DNA of 64,000 nucleotides from a virus, in IMG/VR virus record IMGVR_UViG_3300025168_000068, positions 7,717-71,716 of that record. The stretch is one strand, 5' to 3'. Positions 20,712-30,934 of the stretch are shown here, one piece after another (within the stretch, counting starts at the first letter, position 1; the number at the start of each line of letters is the position of its first letter). The notes beneath the pieces were generated by a model. It did not search any database and had not been told where the DNA came from. It worked only from the letters and a program-made list of their open reading frames with translations. Position numbers and translations under genes: made by a program.

Positions 20712-21081
20712 GTCGTGCTAAAAACTTTCTACCTGCCTTTAGGTATTCTTTCTTGAATCCTCTACTTCTAGGAGTGATACTATGTTTGGCTAACCATTGG
20801 TGTATTGCTACAGCAGATACACCAAACTGTTCTCCTATATCAGCGCAAGAACGGTATTGATTACAATAGTTCTCGACCATCCATTCACGGTTTCTATAGT
20901 GCGCTTGAGTAGGACATTCTTGTATGGTTACTTTAACGCTGAAAACAGTATTAGTAGACTCACTTGGTCTTTCTGTCATCAGTTGATTAAGTTGTAACTT
21001 ATCAATATCTCCATCCATTAATTCGTTCAGTTGTTTTTCATTCAATTTTACTTCATGTGTTTTCTTATACATTATAATCAC
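20686..21081 (-). CDS. HTH DNA-binding protein
   Basis: RSCADIGEQFGVSAVAIHQWLAKHSI. Confidence 0.7.
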   Translation of the reverse strand: MIIMYKKTHEVKLNEKQLNELMDGDIDKLQLNQLMTERPSESTNTVFSVKVTIQECPTQAHYRNREWMVENYCNQYRSCADIGEQFGVSAVAIHQWLAKHSITPRSRGFKKEYLKAGRKFLARHGENLDSR

Positions 21082-21983
21082 CTCGTTACACTCGCTTGTA
21101 GGATAAAGTCATCGTCGCCCTCTCCAAAAGAAAGTAATAGTCTATGTCCTTGTTCGTATGCAGTAAAATCAAATATAGATAATCTGACCTTACCGTTGAT
21201 GTGTGCTAGAGTCTGCTCTAGCCCACCGGAAAATGTTACTGCGTCGGGTAGCGTCCACTCATTAAGAAAATGATTGGTAGCATCAATTGTTGTAGTGTTC
21301 TTACCTTTATTGTAAGCACCAGTTCCAACATACAACCCCCTATCGTGCAGTTCAAATGTATAGCGGTTTAGTTTCTGACCGTTCATGTTATCAGTTCTAA
21401 GTGCTTCATACAAATCAATCGCCTCGAAGTTCATATCCACAGTCGGTTCAAAGGATTCACCACTAGCCGTAGTATAAGTTACAGGTTCATTGAAATCAGA
21501 AGTCTGATTTATTTTAGCCATTAAACCAATTGATTTATTCAACCAAGTTGATAGTGTCTCATTACTATTACTAAATGCCTTAGCATTTGGATTAGCGTCT
21601 ATAGTAGTAGTCTTGTTATTAGATATAATACGAACTTTATTACTAGAAGGACTTTGATGTATTTTTAATTTACCACCATGATATTTTAAAACACCGAGTA
21701 AAGTATCAATGTCTGAAACATATATGTTACCGTCGTATGTTCTATCGCTAACGTAAGATTCGCCGTTCTCCAAAAGAGGCACACTAAAGTGAGATACCGA
21801 AGTCACACCATCTTTAACGATAGAAGTAGTTCGCATCCTTCCATTGACACAGACCAAAACACAAGAGGTAACTTGATTTGTTTTACTACCCCCTATGAAA
21901 TGGGGCCGTTGGGTTTTCTTGAGAAGAATCTCCAACGCCCCAGTATCAACTAGGAAGTAATTATTACTAATAGGGTTAGACAT
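21078..21983 (-). CDS. Divergent sliding clamp (PCNA-like)
   Basis: ~300 aa, twice-repeated beta-alpha-beta-beta-beta pattern; C-terminal VTFSGGLEQTL...VRLSI...LLLSF...FILQA; near PolB, and RFC is encoded. Confidence 0.55.
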   Translation of the reverse strand: MSNPISNNYFLVDTGALEILLKKTQRPHFIGGSKTNQVTSCVLVCVNGRMRTTSIVKDGVTSVSHFSVPLLENGESYVSDRTYDGNIYVSDIDTLLGVLKYHGGKLKIHQSPSSNKVRIISNNKTTTIDANPNAKAFSNSNETLSTWLNKSIGLMAKINQTSDFNEPVTYTTASGESFEPTVDMNFEAIDLYEALRTDNMNGQKLNRYTFELHDRGLYVGTGAYNKGKNTTTIDATNHFLNEWTLPDAVTFSGGLEQTLAHINGKVRLSIFDFTAYEQGHRLLLSFGEGDDDFILQASVTR

Positions 21984-21985
21984 AT

Positions 21986-22927
21986 TCACCACTTCAATAT
22001 AGGCAAGCCAGTCCATGTAACTTTGTTATCTTTAACGCTTAGAATAGTATGCGTCGAACCTAGATGTTCCATGTTCTTACCTTTCATTTCTTCTATAGTT
22101 CCTTTGATTACCCATTCACCTTGAGCCAAAGTCTTATCGCCTTTGACACCAGTAGCCAAGTCTGCTTTCTTCATATACCTTGCTAGGAATATCTGCTGAC
22201 TGAACAACCTCATGGTTCCTTTCTCCCATTCAGGAACTTCGCCTACACTCATCATAACTTTCTTACCTGTTCCGTCATCCATGAACTCTTTAATATCTTT
22301 CAAGTGGAAAGTAAAGAATACCTTGTTTACAGGAAGGCTGTGTATTCTATTCAGCACACCACGATTGAGTCTATTCCTCTCTCTCCATTCCTTCTGATTG
22401 AATGTCCCATCTTCCGTTTCAATAACTCCTCTATCTAGTAGAGAGGTTCGCATAGCGTGTTCGCACCATTTTAAGAAGGTAGAGCCACCGTCAAAGATAA
22501 CTCCTCCCCAATCATCCGGTGCTGCTGCTATTTCATCAGCCAAGATGTTTACAAACCAAGATGTTTTATCGAGTAAAGATTTATGATTAACTGAATTATC
22601 TTCGTTAAAGATAGAATCATCAGTCTCGTCATGTAACGGTATTACCATAATATTTTCAGCGTTAGGGTAGATATAATCTACCGTAGACTTCGCTGAGTTA
22701 TCCACATCGAAGATTGCTATTTTCTTTCCCGCTTTGATTTCCTCATCAAGCATAGACAGGGCAAGACCAGTCTTACCACAATTCTCTCGTGCTACAAGAG
22801 CCATTCTAATATCTACTGATTGAGCCTGTTTATTATTAAATCTCTCTCTAAAGTATTCCTCACCATAAGTTACCTTCGGTGCATTCGTTGTTACTGCGCT
22901 ATTCTGATTAGTTCCCCAAGCCGACAT
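21986..22927 (-). CDS. RecA/RadA-superfamily ATPase (Sak4/AAA_24-like)
   Basis: Walker A ARENCGKT, AIFDVD, Walker B GVIFDGG, FFTFH. Confidence 0.75.
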   Translation of the reverse strand: MSAWGTNQNSAVTTNAPKVTYGEEYFRERFNNKQAQSVDIRMALVARENCGKTGLALSMLDEEIKAGKKIAIFDVDNSAKSTVDYIYPNAENIMVIPLHDETDDSIFNEDNSVNHKSLLDKTSWFVNILADEIAAAPDDWGGVIFDGGSTFLKWCEHAMRTSLLDRGVIETEDGTFNQKEWRERNRLNRGVLNRIHSLPVNKVFFTFHLKDIKEFMDDGTGKKVMMSVGEVPEWEKGTMRLFSQQIFLARYMKKADLATGVKGDKTLAQGEWVIKGTIEEMKGKNMEHLGSTHTILSVKDNKVTWTGLPILKW

Positions 22928-22939
22928 AAACATACCTCG

Positions 22940-22959
22940 CTTCATTAAGCATATAAACC
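22940..22959 (-). promoter_or_regulatory. Replication-module promoter (copy 2)
   Basis: 20-bp identity with 18456-18475. Confidence 0.7.
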
Positions 22960-24516
22960 CTACTCAGTAGGTAATGCTACAGCGACCTCCGTCGTCAAAA
23001 CTAATCTACTAATACTCATAGCACTACGCAAAGAAGAGATTACTACGTCTAATGGGTCTATCACCCTGTAACCTACAACACTAAGAGGTTCCTTTGCTTT
23101 AGCGTCATACCACCGACCATTTAACCAATCCTTTTGTTGTGTCGAACCTCTTACTCCTCTTGCACTATGACGTTCGCTATTGTATCTAATAACTATAGGT
23201 ATCTCCTCACAGGCTTCTTGTATTATATCCATGATAGAGTTTCTCCATCCGGCATCCGAGTTCAATACTTGATAATACGCTAGACCTCCGCCTTTGACTA
23301 CTCCCGACTGTAAAGCGGCCTTAGTAGCATTAACGGCATCGTCAAATCTCTCAAGACGTTCACGTATTTCCAACTCACTATTACCACCAACATGAACGAT
23401 AGATACTTTACCCTGTAATCTAGCGATTCTGTTGTTTAATTTCTCAGCATCCCAATCATTTAATTCTTCGATGCCTTCACCTATAGATAATATATATTCA
23501 TCCACGTTAATGTCCGTATCAAGATTCTGAGATATGATAGTAGAAGTATCTTTCACCGTTATAGTAACTGAATCCCCCAAGTCCTCTTTTACAAGTTCGG
23601 TAATTGTATCTCCCGCACCTTCCTTGAATACTTTAGAGCCTGTTATACAGCCAATGTCGTCTAACCATGCTTCTGCTTCTTCACCCCAAGCAGGGACTTT
23701 AACTATACAGGCATTGATGGCCTTGTTAGCCACATTAACTAAAAGATTAGGTAGAGCATTACCACTAACATTTCTACATATGAATAGGACAGGTCTGTTA
23801 TCTCCCTTAGCAATCTCAAGGGCAGGTATCAATGTGCTAAAGTCATCAATAACTTCTGTAGTCAAAACGACATAAGCATCCTTCATATCTAGTTTACCTT
23901 CCGGGGCAAAGTAATGTGAAATGTAACCCGAAGGTATCTCGAAACCATTCTGCGTTTCTATAAAGGTAGAAGTATTCTTACTAGGTTGTAGAGTAACAGT
24001 AGAAAACTTGTTGTCTACATCGAATGCCTTTGAAAGTATTCCTCCTATCTCGGAATCATTGTTACCCGCTACATAAGCCACATTGAATAATTGTTGTTTA
24101 GAGTCTAAAGGAACCGCCAGTTCGGTAAGACCTTGTATCATAGAATCAATAGAGGTTTCCATTTCATCTACTACATCTAACATATTCTTAGAGTAATCAT
24201 TACAATAAACAATAGCCCCTTCACACATCTTCTGTGCTAGGACGGTAGCGGTAGTTGTGCCGTCACCTGACTTAGCCTGTGCCTCACTAGAGACTTGTTG
24301 TATCAAATTAACCCCCATATTAACAAATGGGTCGGGATGACTTATGGACTTAGCAATAGTCACACCGTCATTCAACGCCAAAGGAAAGTTGTTTTCCCTC
24401 TCTAAAAGAACGGTGCTTGCACCTGCGCCCAATGTAGGTCTAATTACATCAGCCACTAAATTAATTCCTTCCATCAAAGATTCTCTCAGTTCTACTCCAC
24501 GTTTAATCTCACTCAT
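22960..24516 (-). CDS. groEL: Group I chaperonin GroEL-like
   Basis: NDGVTIAK, GDGTTTATVLA, RIARLQG, ERFDDAVNATKAA, GVVKGGG. Confidence 0.95.
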   Translation of the reverse strand: MSEIKRGVELRESLMEGINLVADVIRPTLGAGASTVLLERENNFPLALNDGVTIAKSISHPDPFVNMGVNLIQQVSSEAQAKSGDGTTTATVLAQKMCEGAIVYCNDYSKNMLDVVDEMETSIDSMIQGLTELAVPLDSKQQLFNVAYVAGNNDSEIGGILSKAFDVDNKFSTVTLQPSKNTSTFIETQNGFEIPSGYISHYFAPEGKLDMKDAYVVLTTEVIDDFSTLIPALEIAKGDNRPVLFICRNVSGNALPNLLVNVANKAINACIVKVPAWGEEAEAWLDDIGCITGSKVFKEGAGDTITELVKEDLGDSVTITVKDTSTIISQNLDTDINVDEYILSIGEGIEELNDWDAEKLNNRIARLQGKVSIVHVGGNSELEIRERLERFDDAVNATKAALQSGVVKGGGLAYYQVLNSDAGWRNSIMDIIQEACEEIPIVIRYNSERHSARGVRGSTQQKDWLNGRWYDAKAKEPLSVVGYRVIDPLDVVISSLRSAMSISRLVLTTEVAVALPTE

Positions 24517-24736
24517 TTGTTTCAACTCCTAAAATATTACTGTAGTGTATGAATAGATACTTGCTCACTTTCATTATCTTACTATCGTCACAAACAATAC
24601 AATCCATAGGTAGTAGAGAAAGGTGTGGAGGCACACCTTCCCCTACAGACACTATTGAAAAATTATCTTTTACGACGAAAGAAGATGTCTCCTTAGTTAC
24701 AAGTTCTATTAAGACATATTCTCCGGTGGCGTTCAC
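24509..24736 (-). CDS. groES: GroES-like co-chaperonin
   Basis: 75 aa directly upstream of groEL; GEYVLI...IVSVGEG...YLFIHYSNILG. Confidence 0.7.
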   Translation of the reverse strand: MNATGEYVLIELVTKETSSFVVKDNFSIVSVGEGVPPHLSLLPMDCIVCDDSKIMKVSKYLFIHYSNILGVETNE

Positions 24737-25938
24737 TCATCCCACCCTGAGTCATCTTCTGCTACGACTGGTGCGATTTCATCGAAAGCATACCATCCAT
24801 TAACTGATAGTCTATCTTCACCTTCTTTAGTTCTCCAAGCCTGTCCTAGCATCAGAACCTTAGTTCCGACAGCAAAGGTAACTTTATCGTCTTGTTCAGA
24901 AGGAACGTATATTTCTACACCTTCTGCTGATGACATAATATCTACATCAGAAACCATTAGGACGTAGCCGCCGTTATCTCTAGGGTCAATGTGAATTACT
25001 TCACCGACAACAATAAGACTTCTATCCCACCAACCATCTTTACCGTTGAAAGTATCGTAGTATGATGCTAGGTCACTTAATCCTGAAAGTGTATTTTCCA
25101 TTCCTACTACATCGTAAGCAACACCGCCTTTGATTGAACCATCTTCATAAATTACTGGCGCGGTATTAAAGATAGACGCAACTGACTGACTAGCAGTAAA
25201 GGTAGATACTTTAGGCTTCACATAGGCAACAGTTCCGGCAGCGTTAGGACGCATAGCAAAGGTGCATGGTGTGAAAGTAGGGTATTGAACATCGGCTGCT
25301 GCTTGTGTAGCCTTTACAGTAATTAGTTTAGGGTCTGAATTATCTCCTGTAACCCTTCCTAAGAATAGCATAGTTCTTTCTCTCTCATCTTGAGGTCTAG
25401 GTCGGCCATACTTAAAGTTAGCATCACCGGACGGGAAAGTCTTGTTGTTCTTATCCCATACAACATAGAAGTGTGTGTTGTCATCTAATCGTTGTGTGTG
25501 TCTAGGTAGTTCAGTAACGTCTGCTGTTTCAGAACCGAAATAATCTTGTTTAGAATGACGGGTAAAAGAACCGTCGTGATTATCCTCAAACAAAACTACA
25601 GTTCCATTATCAACAAAGGACTGTCTAACATCTTCACTAGCAACACGAAGTTGGTTAGTCATTTTGTTATACAGGATTTTACCCCATTCCTTGCTTCGTG
25701 GAACTGAGACAAACATACCTTCGTATGTTACTGCACCGGAACGGCTCAGTGCCGCTTGTTCGGTTGTTAGTTGTCGTGCTGCAACTCTTAATGCTAATAC
25801 ATTACAGTCATCATCTGACTTACCTGCATTCTTCCATGCCCCACCTTGTAAGGCTAGAATTGCTTCTGCTTTCTGCCTCATTATGTCTGCACTTACATTT
25901 ACTTTTTTCGCTATATTATCTATCATACTGTTATCCAT
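24733..25938 (-). CDS. RPA-like ssDNA-binding protein (OB folds)
   Basis: N-terminal helical IAKKVNVS...ALRVAAR; OB-like VVGEVIHID...GTKVLMLG; acidic tail DDSGWDE. Confidence 0.6.
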   Translation of the reverse strand: MDNSMIDNIAKKVNVSADIMRQKAEAILALQGGAWKNAGKSDDDCNVLALRVAARQLTTEQAALSRSGAVTYEGMFVSVPRSKEWGKILYNKMTNQLRVASEDVRQSFVDNGTVVLFEDNHDGSFTRHSKQDYFGSETADVTELPRHTQRLDDNTHFYVVWDKNNKTFPSGDANFKYGRPRPQDERERTMLFLGRVTGDNSDPKLITVKATQAAADVQYPTFTPCTFAMRPNAAGTVAYVKPKVSTFTASQSVASIFNTAPVIYEDGSIKGGVAYDVVGMENTLSGLSDLASYYDTFNGKDGWWDRSLIVVGEVIHIDPRDNGGYVLMVSDVDIMSSAEGVEIYVPSEQDDKVTFAVGTKVLMLGQAWRTKEGEDRLSVNGWYAFDEIAPVVAEDDSGWDE

Positions 25939-25992
25939 ATCATATCACCTCTTGGGTATCTTCTCCGTATTTCTTTAGGCTAATAAAGGTAA

Positions 25993-26934
25993 TCATATAC
26001 ATAGCCTCACGAAATTATGGAGTGTGATTCTAGGGTCTACGCCTAGCAGTAAATCCCTTTCGGCGGTTACTGCCGCGTCAATGACTTTCAATTTAGATGC
26101 TGATTTGGCGGAGGAATTGACAGCATAATTAAATATTTCTTTTACCTTTGTTCTAACCTCTAAAAGATTATCAGATTCGCCTATTAGTTTCAAAGCGGCT
26201 TCGTAATCCTTCTCGACAAAACATAACTTCAAAATAGGTTCGCAGTTTAGTCCGTCATCCTTTAGAGATAAAAGGAATTGTTCTGCCGCCTTGTCATCTA
26301 TTATGTTACAATATACTTGTAGTGCGTTTATCGCTGCCCGTAAATCACCTTCGTGTGCCTCGGCAATAAGGTGTAGTTTACTTTCTCGATTTCCAATCCC
26401 TTCTAGGCTTGATATTTCAAGTAATTTACCATACACAAGTTCCTTCGGTATTTCATGGAAATAATGAATACTGCACCTAGACTGAATCCATGCTGTGATT
26501 TTAGATAAATCATTACAGGTTAAAATAAACTTAGCGTGTGCGCCTTCCATAATTCCTTTCAAGGCTGATTGAGCCGCAGGTGTCAATTGGTCTGCTTCGT
26601 CCAATAGAATCACTTTATTGTAATAACCATTACTACATAGGGGAATTATTTCTTCTTCGATGAAATCAATACCTCTAGTCCTTTTACTACTAGCGTTAAA
26701 GACATACAACTGCGAATCAAACTTCTCGGCTAAAGCGTAGGCTAAAGACGTTTTACCTGTTCCTGCATTCCTACTATAGAATATATGATTGCCGACAAAA
26801 GTATCTTCAAACTTGGCGACTATTTCATTCTGCCCTATTATCGAATCAAAGACTGGCCTATACTTCTCGGTCCAAAGCACACCCGCATATGCATTCTTAG
26901 TAGCAACAATATCCTTACTATTTTCTTCCCACAT
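25993..26934 (-). CDS. rfcS: Replication factor C small subunit (clamp loader)
   Basis: WTEKYRP, GTGKT, NASSKRTRGID, LDEAD, SRC, GDLRAAIN. Confidence 0.95.
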   Translation of the reverse strand: MWEENSKDIVATKNAYAGVLWTEKYRPVFDSIIGQNEIVAKFEDTFVGNHIFYSRNAGTGKTSLAYALAEKFDSQLYVFNASSKRTRGIDFIEEEIIPLCSNGYYNKVILLDEADQLTPAAQSALKGIMEGAHAKFILTCNDLSKITAWIQSRCSIHYFHEIPKELVYGKLLEISSLEGIGNRESKLHLIAEAHEGDLRAAINALQVYCNIIDDKAAEQFLLSLKDDGLNCEPILKLCFVEKDYEAALKLIGESDNLLEVRTKVKEIFNYAVNSSAKSASKLKVIDAAVTAERDLLLGVDPRITLHNFVRLCI

Positions 26935-27322
26935 CTAAACCGCCCCCGATTCTCCTTTCTAATACTACTTGCTTTAGACTGTGATATACTTTTGATAATT
27001 CAACATGAGTAGGGGTATCTCTACCCATACCCCTAACTTTCCTATCCGTGTCTAACGCCATAGCCACACCTAACATCATGCCGCTAATAAAGTGTTCATC
27101 CCACCCATTGACTGATTCAGCATGACTGTCTAAGTTCTCATCCCCTCCGTTGTAGAAGGGATTAGTTGCTGCATTTAGACAGAACCTAACGTGTGATATA
27201 TCTTCTACTATTTCCCCTGTTAAAATACTATCAGTAACAGAAGGATGCTTCTTATTTTCGGCTGTAAAGGATTGGTTAATCATTCTAAAGACCCTGTCCC
27301 ATTCGTCATCTTCGCGTGACAT
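26918..27322 (-). CDS. Hypothetical protein
   Basis: ORF in the operon. Confidence 0.55.
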   Translation of the reverse strand: MSREDDEWDRVFRMINQSFTAENKKHPSVTDSILTGEIVEDISHVRFCLNAATNPFYNGGDENLDSHAESVNGWDEHFISGMMLGVAMALDTDRKVRGMGRDTPTHVELSKVYHSLKQVVLERRIGGGLDVGRK

Positions 27323-27585
27323 TGATTATGATACCAGTTAAGTGTTCTAATAACATTAGTAGGTCTTGTTCTTCTTGTAGCAATAGTTCTGCCTCTAATG
27401 TATTTCCTACCAAACTTATTCTCGTATTCTATTTTACATAATCCACATATATCTAATTTACTAGATACTTTCTCCCCCATACTATGTTCGCCCCATGTCG
27501 TGATAGGTATTTTAGCCCCGCATAATCTATCGTCACCGTTAAAGGTAAGATGCATAACTGTAGGTGAGTAATGTCTAGGTGTCAT
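27280..27585 (-). CDS. Hypothetical Zn-binding protein
   Basis: H...LCG...CGLC. Confidence 0.55.
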   Translation of the reverse strand: MTPRHYSPTVMHLTFNGDDRLCGAKIPITTWGEHSMGEKVSSKLDICGLCKIEYENKFGRKYIRGRTIATRRTRPTNVIRTLNWYHNQCHAKMTNGTGSLE

Positions 27586-27854
27586 TCTTCTTCATCTCCT
27601 GAGTAAATGTATAGTGTGCTTCGCGTCTGTGTAGATGTAGACAGTCCTCTATTAGATTGAGTGATAACACCTAGTCTAGTAATACTCCTAGACCTTCTCA
27701 ACTTGTTAGCAATAGAGTTCTTACTACCCAACCTTTTGTTTCGGGATAAAAGATATTGGTAAATATCTTGAACGGTAAAGGAACCATGTTTCTCACTATA
27801 CTCCTTGATAGCCGGTAACTCTCTCCATGTATCTAATCTTGATTTAACCTTCAA
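27582..27854 (-). CDS. Winged-helix-like protein
   Basis: FTVQDIYQYL...SKNSIANKLRR...TLYIY. Confidence 0.55.
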   Translation of the reverse strand: MKVKSRLDTWRELPAIKEYSEKHGSFTVQDIYQYLLSRNKRLGSKNSIANKLRRSRSITRLGVITQSNRGLSTSTQTRSTLYIYSGDEEE

Positions 27855-28459
27855 TCTAAGTCCCTCCTTAATTCTCTATGTATAGCAATAGTTGGAATCC
27901 ACCAGTCGGGCGCATCTCTGCCCTTGTTCCATGCTGCAAACGTCTTATCGTGATAATATTCACGGTATGCTGCAACTGCTAAGTCTCCTGTGGCATGAGT
28001 GATTTTATTGCCACCCTCATCTGTAAGCACATCAAACGGACTACTTGCTACATGGATGTAGTCAGGTCTATGCTCGTCAGGCATACATAGTGCAAATGGT
28101 GTAAGGTCGCCTTCGGGTATCATGTTACGCATAGTGTATAGATGTTCTATACCTGCTTCGCAAAAGTGAACCTTACCGAAACGCTTAGTATACTCGTCAC
28201 ATAACATGGCTGCATGATGACAAGCCCATATGTAGTTAGTGCGGGATTCTCCCACCCAACGGGTAGCGGGATGGTTATGGTAACCACCCTTGAGAAACGT
28301 ACCCTTCTGAGTAATAGGCATCTGTTCCGGTATAGCGCCGTGACGTATGACTGCACTCCCTAGTTGTTGTAATAATTCTACAACCATCTTAGGCGTGTGC
28401 ATATCACAATACATCTTGGCTGCTAGTATTGGATTCTTGTCTAAAATAAATATGTTCAT
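27851..28459 (-). CDS. Pyrimidine-dimer DNA glycosylase-like protein (T4 endonuclease V family)
   Basis: MNIFILD...AAKMYCDMH..KM, HNHPATRW, EYTKRFGKVH, AYREYY. Confidence 0.75.
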   Translation of the reverse strand: MNIFILDKNPILAAKMYCDMHTPKMVVELLQQLGSAVIRHGAIPEQMPITQKGTFLKGGYHNHPATRWVGESRTNYIWACHHAAMLCDEYTKRFGKVHFCEAGIEHLYTMRNMIPEGDLTPFALCMPDEHRPDYIHVASSPFDVLTDEGGNKITHATGDLAVAAYREYYHDKTFAAWNKGRDAPDWWIPTIAIHRELRRDLD

Positions 28460-28698
28460 TGTTTCACCGCCGTATAGTCTACATGGGTCTTAGGAAGCCT
28501 GTGTGTTCTTCGCTGTGCCATGTTGTTAATCAATGTTCTTACATTGAGTATTCCGTTCTCGTATCTAGCCTGTGCTACCTTGTCATTATCAGGGACTAAT
28601 CTATTTTCCAATTCTGTCAAATCTACATTATCCATAATAAATATCAATGCCTCGTATTCTACTTGTATTTGTGTCTGCGCTCTATTCATGTGTATCAC
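28456..28698 (-). CDS. Hypothetical protein
   Basis: ORF with AGGTGA RBS and an upstream TATA-like box. Confidence 0.6.
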   Translation of the reverse strand: MIHMNRAQTQIQVEYEALIFIMDNVDLTELENRLVPDNDKVAQARYENGILNVRTLINNMAQRRTHRLPKTHVDYTAVKQ

Positions 28699-28720
28699 CT
28701 TTCCGTTATATTGAAATTAG

Positions 28721-28739
28721 TTCATTAGGTTAATAAACC
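28721..28739 (-). promoter_or_regulatory. Replication-module promoter variant
   Basis: Minus strand GGTTTATTAACCTAATGAA, similar to the 18456/22940 motif. Confidence 0.55.
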
Positions 28740-28753
28740 TATCTACTAGATGC

Positions 28754-29161
28754 TCATGCCTTTTTGGGCGTTCTGATACAGTGTAGACATATATCGCTGT
28801 TTTCCGGCATTATTCTTATTTTGCCACATGAACATTTACTAGCCCTTGCTCTTTCTGATGGAGTCATAACTGTAGGACTTCTAGTATAGATAATATCTTC
28901 TTTTACCCTTATTAGATTCCTGTCAATATCATATACCAAATGACTTGCCGATGCACCTACAGCATTCTCAACCTTCTCAGAACCTACAGCCTTGATTTGA
29001 CTATTCTTACTAAGTAGGGCGGATAGCGAATGCTGTGAAGGTATGGCCCTTACATTCTTTTCCTTTGAAAGTAAATCGGCAACGGCTTCCTTAGTCATAG
29101 CACCGTAGTTCCATAAGAGTTCTACTATCACTCGCCGGATGCGACGATTGTTAGCACTCAT
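28754..29161 (-). CDS. Winged-helix + Zn-finger protein
   Basis: GAMTKEAVADLL...SLSALLSKN...VYDI; CSCG...CLHC. Confidence 0.6.
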   Translation of the reverse strand: MSANNRRIRRVIVELLWNYGAMTKEAVADLLSKEKNVRAIPSQHSLSALLSKNSQIKAVGSEKVENAVGASASHLVYDIDRNLIRVKEDIIYTRSPTVMTPSERARASKCSCGKIRIMPENSDICLHCIRTPKKA

Positions 29162-29190
29162 ATAAATATATCCACGATAGTTTAACTATA

Positions 29191-29385
29191 TCAATCGTTC
29201 TCCATAGAGAGGAACATTGAGGCTTCTGCAAAGGATTGATTCTCAGGCGCATTACCATCAACGACGAAAGGAATACCGGAAGCGTAGGCGTAATAGAATA
29301 TAATAGGACCACAAACAAGTAAGAAGAATCCAATTAGTATAAACAAATCAGTTAGTATTATCTTCAATTCATTCATCATAGCCAT
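29191..29385 (-). CDS. Small membrane protein
   Basis: LFILIGFFLLVCGPIIFYYAYA. Confidence 0.5.
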   Translation of the reverse strand: MAMMNELKIILTDLFILIGFFLLVCGPIIFYYAYASGIPFVVDGNAPENQSFAEASMFLSMEND

Positions 29386-30038
29386 TTAGTGACCTTCTGC
29401 CTCCGTTTCTTAACTCCCTTCGGCAAACTTTCCGAGTCATTAGAGCGTATAATATTAGCGACGTTTTCGTCACACTGGACTAGCCTTTCCCAGTGTTTAT
29501 CATTACTCCTAAATATACTAGGCACAGTCTTTCCTTCCTTAACTTTCTTGGGATAGTTTATTGTTTTACTTTCACCCTTAATTCCATAACATAAGATTGC
29601 ATTAGTATAATCGTCGGACAAATGTTTGTATGTCTTACTTATCCTACGATACAATTCTATATCGTTATTGTTCTGTCTAACGAATGACATAGATAGAGGG
29701 ACTGGAACTCCTTTCATTACCTTGTAAACTCTCCTTCTATCGGACCATGAGAAGAGTGCCTTGACCCATCTAAAGTTAGTAGGCTTCTTCTTCATTGACT
29801 TATCTAAAACAATATCATCTTCTAATCCTTTAGGGATTGAAATATTCTTATCAGTCTCGACTACCAACCTACCACTAACCAAAGGTAGCCACTCCTTAAT
29901 TTCTTTAGACGTTAAAGAACCTAACAGGATGTATGTAGTATCTTTATCGGATAGGTCGCAGTCTATATTCTTATACATAGTAACGTGCTTACCTTTTCTG
30001 AATACCGAGGCATCCCTCGTAAAAATTATTACCCCCAT
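29376..30038 (-). CDS. Hypothetical basic protein
   Basis: 220-aa ORF in the operon. Confidence 0.6.
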   Translation of the reverse strand: MGVIIFTRDASVFRKGKHVTMYKNIDCDLSDKDTTYILLGSLTSKEIKEWLPLVSGRLVVETDKNISIPKGLEDDIVLDKSMKKKPTNFRWVKALFSWSDRRRVYKVMKGVPVPLSMSFVRQNNNDIELYRRISKTYKHLSDDYTNAILCYGIKGESKTINYPKKVKEGKTVPSIFRSNDKHWERLVQCDENVANIIRSNDSESLPKGVKKRRQKVTKWL

Positions 30039-30044
30039 TTTTTC

Positions 30045-30311
30045 TCATTCTCCTTTATTAACAAAGAAATAAGCATTTGTTTCGTAGATAAAATCCTTGA
30101 GCCTAGCATACTGAGATTTACTCATACCCCATGCTTCATATATTGATGTGCTTTGAATAGAATAACCGTTAATATACCATCTAATTCCTTTCGCGGTAAT
30201 CATAGCAACAAGACCGTCATCATACATGGCTTCGCATAGTTTACCCATCTCATTTTCTTTAATCGCTGTTCTATATAATCTACGGTTGGGCTTACTTCTC
30301 CACGATTTCAT
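30045..30311 (-). CDS. Hypothetical protein
   Basis: ATGA overlap, GAGGTGA RBS. Confidence 0.6.
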   Translation of the reverse strand: MKSWRSKPNRRLYRTAIKENEMGKLCEAMYDDGLVAMITAKGIRWYINGYSIQSTSIYEAWGMSKSQYARLKDFIYETNAYFFVNKGE

Positions 30312-30934
30312 TCTATCACCTCAAATGAAGCGTCAATTATTGAAGGTGCTTTCAGTGCGGCCATTTGTAATTCAAATGTATCTAACAATTGAGGGTGGTC
30401 TTTCAAAGTCTCAACTAATATTCTAGTGATGTGTTGGGTCTGTGCCTGTGCTAACATTAACTGTGAATCTACTCCAATCTCCTTCTTCAACTGACCTACT
30501 AACTTTAAGGAAGTATTGGCTTGACCTATTAATTTGGCAGCATCAGAAACGAAGTCCGATGTAATCGCCCCACCCTGTAGTTGCTTCTGTTCCTCTAGTT
30601 CATTTAGATACCCTTGTATGCGTATTACAATATCCTCTGCTGCGTCCAAAGTAGAAATAGACTGCACCCTAGCACTCTCTATATGTTGAGCCTCCTGTGG
30701 GTCGTATTCTATATGGTTGTCAAGATGTTCAATGACGGTTCCTTCCTCCCAACCATACTTGGCTTCAAGGTATGCGGGTTCGTAATCTTGATTCTTCAAT
30801 GCCAATTCAAAATCCTTCCTCAATGTATGTTCGCAAAATGCACAACCTCCATCAAGAACCCAACGCAATACTTCTATGGCGAAAGCATCATTCTCTTTAG
30901 ATAATCTTCTTCGTATCTCAATCTCTCTTTTCAT
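30308..30934 (-). CDS. Zn-binding HTH/coiled-coil protein (terminase small subunit candidate)
   Basis: CAFCEH...EHLDNH followed by long helices; function uncertain. Confidence 0.4.
   Translation of the reverse strand: MKREIEIRRRLSKENDAFAIEVLRWVLDGGCAFCEHTLRKDFELALKNQDYEPAYLEAKYGWEEGTVIEHLDNHIEYDPQEAQHIESARVQSISTLDAAEDIVIRIQGYLNELEEQKQLQGGAITSDFVSDAAKLIGQANTSLKLVGQLKKEIGVDSQLMLAQAQTQHITRILVETLKDHPQLLDTFELQMAALKAPSIIDASFEVIE

Noticed and set aside
29376-30038. Degenerate RFC large subunit
   Set aside because: No Walker or RFC-box motifs visible; left as hypothetical
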